Source of the DNA: Candidatus Saccharimonadota bacterium
Lineage (GTDB): Bacteria > Patescibacteriota > Gracilibacteria > BD1-5 > UBA2023
Reading direction: 5' to 3'
Length of the DNA: 32,000 nt
Assembly: GCA_046350815.1 (NCBI GenBank)
Contig: JAXLZO010000001.1
Span: 270,001 to 302,000 of the forward strand
The notes under the pieces were generated by a model. That model saw nothing but the letters and a program-made list of their open reading frames with translations, made no database searches and had not been told where the DNA came from. The first letter of the stretch is position 1; each line of letters opens with the position of its first letter. Shown piece after piece: positions 1-8,913 of this stretch. A program made the position numbers and the translations under genes.

Positions 1-33
1 TGGAATATTCCACGGAGATTTTTATTGAATCGA

Positions 34-573
34 TTACTCGTCCATTCCCACAACCACTTTTGCATGTCGTACGACATGCTCACCCATCATAAACCCTGAC
101 TCAAAGTCAGCAATGATTTTGCCTTGTGGTCCAGGACCTTGACTCATAACATCATGTCGAGCTGGATCCACATCTTGACCAACACTGTCGAATTTATTCA
201 CTCCAACAGAAGTTAAACCTTTTTCGAAAATATCCTTAGCACTCTTGATACCAGCAAGAAGCGTCTCCGCAGAAGTAGACTCATTCGACTGATCAGCAAT
301 GCGTGCTATATTGTCATAGGCAGGAAGTATTTTTCCAACAATATTCGCAGTGAAAAATGTTTTCATCTCTTCTCGCTCACGAGCATGACGCTTGACGAGA
401 TTGTCATAGTCAGCTTTGAGCCGCTGAATGATGACAATTTGATCATCATCTGATGAAGAAGTCTGAGACGAAGATTCATCTTCTTGACTCACAGCTTCTT
501 CAGAAATATTCTCTGTGACAATATTCTCATCATCGAGTTTTTCTTCATTGTGAGTTTGATTCTCTTGTGTCAT
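34..573 (-). CDS. grpE: GrpE nucleotide exchange factor
   Basis: 179-aa ORF with TAA stop. Acidic N-terminus, then a GrpE-like helical and beta C-terminal half (ILPAYDNIARI, GFMMGEHVVRHAKVVV). Same orientation as groEL upstream. Confidence 0.88.
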   Translation of the reverse strand: MTQENQTHNEEKLDDENIVTENISEEAVSQEDESSSQTSSSDDDQIVIIQRLKADYDNLVKRHAREREEMKTFFTANIVGKILPAYDNIARIADQSNESTSAETLLAGIKSAKDIFEKGLTSVGVNKFDSVGQDVDPARHDVMSQGPGPQGKIIADFESGFMMGEHVVRHAKVVVGMDE

Positions 574-608
574 AAATTTGTATTAAAAGTTAAAAGAAAT
601 ATTAAGGA

Positions 609-1109
609 CTAACGTTTAAGTTTATTCTTGACTTCTGCTGCTTTTGATTCAATGCGATACCGAGTATCCTCAAATATATCACGAATGCTTGATTCGAGAA
701 TCTGGTATGCATGATTTCCATCTCGTTTCAATTTCTCAATAATCACATCTGCTTCCGACTTAATCGTGTTAATATGCTCTTCGCGACGTGAGTAAACATC
801 TTCAATTTTTGATCGAATATCATCGAGATTTGGGGCTCCAATTTCTTTAAGACGGGCGATTTCCTGAGAAAAATCCTCCTCCATATACGCAATTTCTTCT
901 TTGAGACGATTGCGTATGCTGGTGAGCTGAGTGCGAACTTCATCACTTAATTCAAGCTCATTGATACGATTCCAGATATCTTTATGAAGATTGACAAACT
1001 CATCACGAAATTCAGAAAAACTCGATGGGAACTTGTCATTTTTTGTAACTATTGCAGCCGCTACACCAGCAATATAGCCAAAGCCAAGCCAAAGAAGTGA
1101 TTTTTTCAT
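609..1109 (-). CDS. membrane-anchored coiled-coil protein (YtxH-like architecture), function unknown
   Basis: 166 aa. N-terminal TM helix LLWLGFGYIAGVAAAIV followed by a long charged helical region. Lies between groEL and grpE. Confidence 0.6.
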   Translation of the reverse strand: MKKSLLWLGFGYIAGVAAAIVTKNDKFPSSFSEFRDEFVNLHKDIWNRINELELSDEVRTQLTSIRNRLKEEIAYMEEDFSQEIARLKEIGAPNLDDIRSKIEDVYSRREEHINTIKSEADVIIEKLKRDGNHAYQILESSIRDIFEDTRYRIESKAAEVKNKLKR

Positions 1110-1164
1110 ATGGAAGAATTAAAAGAGAAGAGAGTATAGAACATATACTCTCTTTTTGCAAATA

Positions 1165-2805
1165 TTAATACATACCGCCCATACCTCCTCACATACCGCC
1201 ACCATGATTATGTTCTGGAGCTTCTGGCTTTGGAACATCAACAATGACTGATTCCGTCGTGAGGAACATACCAGCTACTGAAATAGCATTTAGAAGTGCA
1301 AGACGCTCAACTTTGGTAGGGTCAATGATTCCTGCTTCGAGCATATCAACATAGGTATCAGTTGCTGCGTCATAACCATATGCAGCGTCAGTATTCTTAG
1401 CGACATTATCAACAATAACCGCACCTTCCTTACCAGCATTTTCAGCAATTTTTCGAAGTGGATAAGAGAGGGCTCGGGCAACGATATTGAGTCCGACTTG
1501 CTGATCGCTTGTCAATCCTGATACGTTTTCAAGCGATTTTGCTGCCTTGAGGAGCGCTACTCATCCTCCAGCTACGATACCTTCATCAACTGCTGCTTTT
1601 GTAGCATTCAGTGCATCTTCGATACGGAGTTTTTTTTCTTTCATCTCGACTTCCGTCGCAGCCCCTACACGGATCACTGCGATACCACCAGAGAGTTTTG
1701 CTACACGCTCAGCAAGCTTTTCTTTATCATAATCAGAGTTACTTGCACGGATTTGTGCCTCGATCTCAGCTACACGTCCATCGATCATGTATTTCTCACC
1801 CTGTCCGCCAATGACAACAGTAGAATCCTTCTTTGCAACGATAGCTTTTGCACGACCAAAATGATCAACAGTGACGTGTTCAAGTTTAAATCCAAGCTCT
1901 TCTGTAATAAGAGTTGCACCAGTGAGGATTGCAATATCCTTGAGCATCTCTTTCTTACGATCACCAAATCCTGGAGCCTTGATAGCGAGGACATTCAGTG
2001 CACCTTTGAGTTTATTGAGGATAATACCGGTGAGAGCATCACCATCGAGATCATCAGCAATGATTACAAGATCTCTCTTGCCGGTTGCGAGGAGTGATTC
2101 AAGTGCCGGCATGAGATCCTTGAGAGCAGAGATTTTTTTATCAGTGATGAGAATATATGCATCCTCAATACGGCCTTCCATCTTCTCTGGATCACTCACC
2201 ATATAAGGGGAGACGAATCCAGAATCGAACTTCATACCCTCCGTAATCTCCACAGAGAGCCCAAAGGTCTTACCTTCTTCAACGGTAATCACACCACTTT
2301 GACCCACCTTCTCCATCGCATCCGCAATGATAGCTCCAACTTCTGCATCCTGCGCAGAAATAGTCGCTACCTGAGTGATTTCATCCTTACCAGAGAGAAT
2401 CTTTGATTGTTTTTCAAGAGATGCAGTGACGAGATCACCTGCCTTTTTCATACCATTCTTAAGCTCGATGGCGTTGATGCCGGATCGGATCTCACGAAGA
2501 CCTTCCTTCATAAGTGCATATGCAAGAAGGGTAGCAGTGGTTGTACCATCACCAGCCGCATCATTGGTCTTAGATGCAGCTTCTTTTATAAGCTCAGCAC
2601 CCATATTCTCGATTTTATCCTCGAGTTCGATCTCTTTTGCGATCGTCACTCCATCATTGGTTACCTGAGGAGCTCCATATGATTTTGAAAATGCAACATT
2701 TCGTCCTTTTGGACCCATGGTTGCTGTGACTGCTTTCGCTACTTTCTCAACTCCAGCAAACATTGCGAGCCGAGCCTCATCACCAAAATGAATAGTTTTT
2801 GCCAT
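1165..2805 (-). CDS. groEL: chaperonin GroEL (546 aa) with two in-frame TGA=Gly codons
   Basis: Track fragments 1561-2805 and 1189-1515 share one frame. TGA at 1558-1560 falls in IVAGG-G-VALLKA. TGA at 1189-1191 falls inside the GGM tail (GGGM-G-GGMGGMY). True stop is TAA at 1165-1167. Confidence 0.97.
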
Positions 2806-2940
2806 ATGTATTATAAATTGAATAATTATTTATACTTTTTTATAGTCAACTCGAGGAACGAGAGACCCCTTATAATTAAGGTTCAATTATAAACTTCAGT
2901 GTAAGGGATTTCTCATATTCGTTCGAAATAATAAAAGTCC

Positions 2941-2966
2941 GTCATCCTGAACTTCGATTCAGGATC
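2941..2966 (+). repeat. GTCAT-hairpin-ATC dispersed repeat, copy 1
   Basis: gtcatCCTGAActtcgaTTCAGGatc; 8-bp stem. Lies 8 nt downstream of the groES stop, in the groES-groEL spacer. Confidence 0.75.
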
Positions 2967-2973
2967 TACCACT

Positions 2974-3264
2974 CTATCCAACCTTCGCAAGAAGGTACTC
3001 AAAGGCAACAACTTTGAATTTATCACCATCGAGATCGACCTCATCACCAGAATATTGTCCGCAGAGTACTCGATCACCAATACTCACAGGTGACTCGATC
3101 ATATCACCATTACGATCTTTTTTACCAGGACCGACAGCAACCACTTCATAGATAAATGGTTTTTCTTTCTTCGCAGTTTCAGGAATATAGATTCCCGATT
3201 TTGTAATATTATCCGCCTCAACAGGCTTGAGGATTACGCGATCCAAAAGTGGAGTTAATGCCAT
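2974..3264 (-). CDS. groES: co-chaperonin GroES
   Basis: 96 aa. LKPLxDRVLxK-type start (LTPLLDRVILKPVE), mobile loop region, VGPG motif. Directly upstream of groEL. Confidence 0.95.
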   Translation of the reverse strand: MALTPLLDRVILKPVEADNITKSGIYIPETAKKEKPFIYEVVAVGPGKKDRNGDMIESPVSIGDRVLCGQYSGDEVDLDGDKFKVVAFEYLLAKVG

Positions 3265-3318
3265 AGCACAAAAATACAGGAAATAAAAATAATTGAATAC
3301 TAAATACTTGTTTGAGAT

Positions 3319-3345
3319 TTAGCACCGAGATTATATACGTGATAA
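3319..3345. promoter_or_regulatory. CIRCE-like inverted repeat (possible HrcA operator)
   Basis: TTAGCAC-N13-GTGATAA versus CIRCE TTAGCAC(TC-N9-GA)GTGCTAA. Same arm spacing, one mismatch in the outer arm, inner dinucleotides not conserved. Lies 55-80 nt upstream of the groES ATG. Confidence 0.45.
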
Positions 3346-3447
3346 ATATTGTGTCAACTGAACTGAGAAATATTTTGGTAAAATTTTTGCAGTTCTCTTG
3401 AAAAACCAGTATTATGCTGAAGTTTTATCATTTTTAACGAAATCTAT

Positions 3448-3957
3448 ATGACAGAAAATTCATTAATCCATGCTTCAACAGAAAAACTCAGTATAGCTGA
3501 TAAATATTTTTCACTCAAGAAAGAGCAAAGAATAAATCGTATGCAGTTTTTTGTGCGAAATATACTGATTTTAGTAACTTTTTTGATTTCATTCATACTT
3601 GGTGGTATAATTATTCCAGTATCATTACTTATGGTGCCAACAATGATATATGTCGTATGTATAACCGTAAATAAAAGAGCTAATGACTTTAATTATAACG
3701 GTCTATATTACGCCATAGTGTACTTTATTTGTGTCTGCATCTCTTTTATTACACCTTTCTTCTTGACGGCATATATATTCATGCACAGTTGGGGATGAGA
3801 TTTTAACAAAAATGATCCTATACTGCATAGAATAGGCATGCTAACATTTATCTCTATGTTCACATTGATAATTCTATGGGGTATTCTTCAACTCCGAAAA
3901 TGAAATCCCGGAAATAATCAGTATGGTCCAGCACCTACTGGAAACCCCCTTGTATAG
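3448..3957 (+). CDS. DUF805-family inner membrane protein
   Basis: 169 aa after reading TGA at 3796 and 3901 as Gly. RINRMQFF start, TM helices, and the characteristic C-terminal G-NPGNNQYGPAP tail. TAG stop at 3955-3957. Confidence 0.72.
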
Positions 3958-4037
3958 AAATATTATCTCACCAAAAATTGACTTTTTCAGCTCCCTCTAT
4001 ACAATACCGCGGTTAAACGATATTTCACATCATTTTT

Positions 4038-4277
4038 ATGATCGCAAAACTCAAAAAACGTAAGCGTCTTCGTTGCCATGGATTCCTTGCTCGTACAACA
4101 TCTATCGGTGGTCGCAAGGTTCTTGCTGCACGTCGCAGAAAGGGTCGTCATATCCTTACAGTATCCTACCCAAATCGTGTAAAACTCACGAACGGGAAAT
4201 CAAAGATGCATATCATCGCAGGTGGAACAGCTCGTGTTGTTCGTCTTCCTGGATCGAATGAAAAAATTCGTGGCTAG
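4038..4277 (+). CDS. rpmH: ribosomal protein L34 with a ~35-aa C-terminal extension
   Basis: [36 protein letters not shown] matches the L34 core. The ORF continues 35 codons further to TAG. Sits upstream of rnpA as in most bacteria. Confidence 0.8.
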   Translation: MIAKLKKRKRLRCHGFLARTTSIGGRKVLAARRRKGRHILTVSYPNRVKLTNGKSKMHIIAGGTARVVRLPGSNEKIRG

Positions 4278-4283
4278 TTAGCT

Positions 4284-4712
4284 ATGCTCGCAAAAGAGTA
4301 CCGTCTCTGCGAAAAACAAGTCAAAAAGGCGCTGCAATTCCGCAAGCCTTTTTTTGGTGAAATGTGAGTAATGCATGTACTTCCTGCAACAAAATGAATG
4401 AGTGGGGGATTTGCTATAATTTTATCTGGAAAACAAACCAGATGAAGTGTGAACCGTAACTTCTTCCGAAGAAGATTCTACGATCACATACAACAACATC
4501 ATAGTGATCTCCTCGATGGCAAGTACATGATCGTGATGGGCTTCAAGAAAGGAACACTCTTTTCCAGTAAAGAAGAGGTAAGTATCGCGCTCTTTGATAA
4601 AAGCGTTGCTGATTGCATCACAAAGTTCCGAAAAAATCCACCAGAAATTCAAAAATTCTCATCATGAATCAAAAGGAATATCTCGCCATCGACTACGGCA
4701 CACACAAAGTAG
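4284..4712 (+). CDS. rnpA: RNase P protein component
   Basis: MLAKEYRL...NRNFFRRRFYDHI... basic RnpA-like sequence. Four in-frame TGA codons. Same frame as track ORF 4449-4667. With TGA=Gly it runs on to TAG at 4710-4712. Confidence 0.72.
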
Positions 4713-5056
4713 GATTTGCACACAGTATCATGGGGGTCGTGCTGCCAATAGGAATCTCGTATTCCCGAGAGGCACTCACGGATGCAAGATCATATCTCAC
4801 GAGTAATAAATACAGTCATGTGATATACGGACTTCCACTCGATCAGAGTGGTAATAACACTCCTCTCTGCAAAAAGGTGGAAGAATTCATCGAGCTTATC
4901 AAAAAAACTCATCCTCATATTATCTATATTGCTGAGGATGAACGATATACGAGTCAATTTGCACATATCAGCATGAACGAACACGATATTGGTGGGGAAA
5001 TAGATGACATTGCAGCAAGCATTCTTCTCGAAAATTATCTTTCTCGTAATAAATAA
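4664..5056 (+). CDS. ruvX: YqgF/RuvX-family putative pre-16S rRNA nuclease / Holliday junction resolvase-like protein
   Basis: MNQKEYLAIDYGTHKVGFA matches the LGxDxGxxRxGxA start. DERYTS motif. 130 aa. ATG at 4664 lies inside an ATGA overlap with rnpA. Confidence 0.85.
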   Translation: MNQKEYLAIDYGTHKVGFAHSIMGVVLPIGISYSREALTDARSYLTSNKYSHVIYGLPLDQSGNNTPLCKKVEEFIELIKKTHPHIIYIAEDERYTSQFAHISMNEHDIGGEIDDIAASILLENYLSRNK

Positions 5057-5058
5057 TT

Positions 5059-5733
5059 ATGCACATAGGTTTTATCATGGATGGTAATCGTCGTTGGGCA
5101 AAAAACAATATGCTCAAATCACTCGATGGACATAGACGAGGTCTCGGACAATTTGAAACGATAGTACAAGATTGTATCGATCGTGATGTCCAATTTGCAA
5201 GTTTCTGGGCTCTCGCAAAGAAAAACATTCTTGAACGATCTGAAGAAGAGCTCAATTATCTCTACAAGCTTATCGAAGAAATGATTGAGAATTTCAGAGT
5301 CAAAGCACATGAAAAAGACCTCAGGTTTGTATGGATCGGTAATCCAAAACTCCTTCCAGAAAGTATTGTCAAACTTGTGAACGACTGCCAAGAAGAGACA
5401 AAAAATCACCAAGGAATGACCGTAATTGTCGCTATTGGATACGGTGGGCAAGATGAAATCATAGAGTGAGTCAAATCCTGCCTAGAACAATGAGTGGATC
5501 CAACAACACTCGATGAAGCATGATTCTCAAAATTCCTTCCATCAGGAAAATTTCCTTCGCCGGATCTTATCATAAGAACAGGTGGTACCATGAGAACAAG
5601 TGGCTACTGGCTCTATGGTAGCGAATACAGCGAGTGGTACTTTAGTGACAAATACTGGCCGGAATTTGATGCTCACGAACTCGATAAAGCATTAGAGAAA
5701 TTCTGAGGAACCATACGAAATTTTGGAAAGTAA
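5059..5733 (+). CDS. uppS: undecaprenyl diphosphate synthase (isoprenyl transferase)
   Basis: HIGFIMDGNRRWAK, IGYGGQDEI and DLIIRTGG..R.S..W motifs. Four TGA codons read through. TAA stop at 5731-5733. Confidence 0.92.
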
Positions 5734-5757
5734 AAACCCGCCTCAGCGGGTTTTTGT
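5734..5757 (+). terminator. intrinsic terminator after uppS
   Basis: aaacccgc-ctca-gcgggttt hairpin followed by TTTTTG. Confidence 0.8.
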
Positions 5758-5773
5758 GTGATAATTGCTACAA

Positions 5774-6094
5774 CTATACGGACTTGATCACTACCACAGG
5801 GGCAATATCGTGTGATAAATCATACTCACCACATAATGCTATAATATAAGCTATAACATATGTTGTGAGAGATAGATCATTTGGTAACAAATTTTGTTGC
5901 CAGCGCTGCACTTCAGGAGCAGCTCGTATTGTGGGTAATAAAAAGTCATGTATATCACGGAAATAAACCATAGATTTTTGTTCTTTTTTTCCTGATACCC
6001 AGGACATAGTTGCGCCTTGTGCAAGAGCATGCACTCTTGATGGAAGATATTTCGAAGTAACCATAATCCCTAAACTCCTCAAATGGGGTTGCAT
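5774..6094 (-). CDS. hypothetical protein (106 aa)
   Basis: ORF with TAG stop and no recognisable motif. Lies 27 nt downstream of ftsX on the same strand. Confidence 0.4.
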   Translation of the reverse strand: MQPHLRSLGIMVTSKYLPSRVHALAQGATMSWVSGKKEQKSMVYFRDIHDFLLPTIRAAPEVQRWQQNLLPNDLSLTTYVIAYIIALCGEYDLSHDIAPVVVIKSV

Positions 6095-6121
6095 TCTAAA
6101 AGAATAAGAAGAAATAGCAAA

Positions 6122-7111
6122 TTAACGAGTATTATTACGTATAAGACGGAGTGCATGTGCAACAGAAACATATCCGCCGATGGCACCAACAAACAAAAAT
6201 ACTGAGAATATAACTATCATTTCTCATCAACGCGTTGCATAAAATGTATTCACAAAGTCCGGATATCCAGCAAGTATTGATATACTGAGTGCCTGAAGTG
6301 TTGTAAAGAAAAGTGCACTTGATATCCCGAATGCTACAAGAATGTAAATAATAGACTGGAGTATGAATGGTGTGTAGAGATAGTAGTTCGAACCACCAAC
6401 CAGGCCAATAATATTCACTTCTTCACGGGAATAGAAGACCATATTTCCGATACTACTATAGATCATTGCTGTTGCTGAGAAGATTACCAAACTCAAGATA
6501 GCAAAAGCACCACGAGAAATCATCTCAAATATATTAACAAGTCGTGCAACACTTTCATATTGGGAGCGATAATCAACGAGGGATTTATGAAGACTATCTT
6601 GATCGTTGTAGAGAAGAATTGATTGATTTTTCTCTACAACACTATTAATCCCCTCATAAATTATAGGGAGTTTTTTAGCTTGCCGGTCACTTTTAATCTG
6701 AACAAATACCTTTCCTGGAAGCGTATTATCCTCCTTGTTCTCAATAATACTCGTGAGTTCATCTCAGAATTTATTTTGAAAATCAGATAGAGCATCCTCG
6801 CTTGATCTATATTCCACTTCTATCGATGGATCAATACTACGAAGCTCTCTCATAAATACCTGAAGTTGACCACTTTCTTGGACAATTTCTTTCTTAAGAT
6901 AGACCGAAAGTGACAATCTCTCACTCACACGTTCAATCAGAACATTTGTTGTATGTTCGACAAGAAGAAGTATGCTTGCAAAAAAAGTGACAAGAACAAG
7001 AACAAGAAGTGTTGAAAAAGAAAGAAATGGATTTCTCCAGATATTTCGAAAAGCGTAGATAAGTACCCGCATACAAAATTGAAAACAAAGCAGAGTAATC
7101 ATTGTTTTCAA
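6122..7111 (-). CDS. ftsX: cell division permease FtsX-like protein
   Basis: Track fragments 6764-7111 and 6227-6523 share one frame once TGA at 6764 and the double TGA at 6227/6224 are read as Gly. FRNIWRNPFLSFSTLLV start, periplasmic domain, C-terminal TM bundle. TAA at 6122-6124. Confidence 0.85.
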
Positions 7112-7147
7112 TTGAGAGGAAAAGTCAAAATGAAATAACTATAGGAT

Positions 7148-7609
7148 CTACAAAAAGTACCTCATTAACATATCTTGTAGATACATACTGTGTGGAAATA
7201 CAAAGACATGAATTATAAGCCATACGGCAGATGCGATACGAGCTGGAAGCACCAAAATTGGATGTTTCTTCGCAATTAAATACCCAATTACAAACATCAG
7301 CGGATCAGCAATGATACGATTTCCCCAGAATTCGACCCCCTGAAACCAAAACTCCACTCAGGATCACAGCAGACCTGTCTCCATATAGTGCTCAATAGTT
7401 TCCCAGATATAGGCAATGAGTAAAACTCCAACAACATCAAAATATCTTGTCCTTACATGAAATCCATCAAGATTGAGTTTTATTCGAAACATTCGATGAT
7501 TTGTTTTTCGGACGGCATGACCAGCAGAAATACCACTCAGGATGTGTTCAATAGACCAAATATCAAAAAATGCTTGTGTTTTGAGTCCAACAAGAAGCTC
7601 TAAAATCAT
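7148..7609 (-). CDS. integral membrane protein, function unknown
   Basis: Fragments 7364-7609 and 7148-7357 are one frame joined by TGA at 7364 and 7358 (..METGLL-G-S-G-VEFWFQG..). 153 aa, several TM helices, TAG stop. Confidence 0.6.
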
Positions 7610-7632
7610 ATGTGTATGTATAGGTTACAAGG

Positions 7633-7662
7633 AGTATACCCCCCCCCGCTGCCAAAAAACAA
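7633..7662 (-). promoter_or_regulatory. putative promoter TTGTTT-18-TATACT with a G9 homopolymer filling the spacer
   Basis: The minus strand reads ttgttt-tttggcagc-ggggggggg-TATACT, 23 nt before the ATG at 7609. The C9 run on the plus strand is at 7639-7647. Confidence 0.35.
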
Positions 7663-7708
7663 GTCGATTTTCTAAATTCTTATTTGCGATTTATATCAAT
7701 TGCAAAAA

Positions 7709-7736
7709 CTTGCATTTGCAAGAATTATCATATGAT
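7709..7736. promoter_or_regulatory. two short palindromes upstream of and overlapping the Fur-family gene start (candidate operator)
   Basis: CTTGCA-tt-TGCAAG (7709-7722) and ATCATATGAT (7727-7736, containing the ATG at 7732). AT-rich and Fur-box-like in style only. Confidence 0.3.
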
Positions 7737-8136
7737 GAATTCAAATTATGAAATTGCTATGTTCGAAAGACTAAAGCAACACTGACTCAAGACTACTCCG
7801 ATTCGTCGAGCTATTCTTGATAAACTCTCGGTGGGATGATGTGATGGCAGTGATCTTATCGCAAAGCTAAAATGAGAACTTATTGCGAATGAGGCAACGA
7901 TTTATCGGGCTATCCATGATTTATCAAGAGTAAACATCCTCCATTCAATCATGTGGCAATGACAACCCATATATTATCTTTGCTCTCTAGAAGGACACGA
8001 ACATGTAACAGTGAGTTACTGCATATGATGTCAGGAAATCAAAGAAATCAATAATCAATGTAGCCAGAATCATCAGAATCTTCTCTCAGATCGAAGAGAA
8101 ATCATTGTCGATCATTGTCAAAGTTGTCAATCATAA
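7732..8136 (+). CDS. Fur-family metalloregulator (Zur-like by context)
   Basis: 134 aa with 5 TGA=Gly. GLKTTPIRRAILDKL, ATIYRAIHDL (winged helix), HEH, CIGC and HCQSC metal-site motifs. Immediately upstream of the ZIP transporter gene. Confidence 0.8.
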
Positions 8137-8160
8137 GCTATTTTTTCTATATCAAATCAT

Positions 8161-8910
8161 ATGAATCATATTTTCATTGTCAGCAGTCTATTTATCTCTG
8201 GTATCATCGGATGAGTTGTTTTTTTCAAAAAATCCCTCAGTGATGCTATTCGCAATACACTCCTCGCTATTGGTGCATGATCTATGGTCAGTGTTGCATT
8301 AGTGCATATCCTTCCAGAAGCACTTGAGATGAACGAGTATGCTTCATTTGCATTTCTCTCTGGCTTCTTGGGACTCTATATCATTGAGGAACTTCTGACA
8401 CCATCACATACACATGAAAACTGTCATGGGAACCATCATGATGAATCACCAAAAGATCATACCAAACATATTACATGGGTAGGGTTCTGAGCTATTTCAC
8501 TACACACCATATTCGATGGCGTTCTTATTGCGTGAGTATCAAACCTTGAAAATAGTGTTATTTTGAGTGCTCTCCTCGGTGTTATCCTTCACCAAATACC
8601 ACTTTCCTTTGCACTCGCAAGCTTACTCAAGACAGGCAATCAAAAGAAAAAATGGCAATATACACTTCTATGTATCTTTTCAATGAGCGCTATTATTGGC
8701 TACTGTCTCACGATAATTGGAATTGATATTTTTGCACCAAATAACGATACCATTATCCTACTCAGCGCGGTTGCTGGGGGTTCACTGCTCTATGTGGCAA
8801 CTTCGGATATATTACCACTTATACACCGAAGCACGATAAAAAGAGGGCTGGGAATAACTTTATTTGCCCTCTCAAGTATAGCTGTAGCACTTACTCATTT
8901 TCTCGAATAA
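8161..8910 (+). CDS. zupT: ZIP-family divalent metal (zinc) transporter
   Basis: 249 aa, one frame joining 8284-8490 and 8563-8910 through TGA codons. HILPEALE, His-rich loop HTHENCHGNHHDE, HTIFDGVLIAG and ILHQIPLSFA signatures. Confidence 0.86.
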
Positions 8911-8913
8911 TCC

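Noticed and set aside
1547-2682. Several 60-115 aa plus-strand and alternative-frame ORFs inside the groEL locus (for example 1753-2097 and 1871-2206)
   Set aside because: They are shadow ORFs antisense to or out of frame with an unambiguous GroEL reading frame. Their composition is not protein-like (Ser/Leu/Ile-rich).
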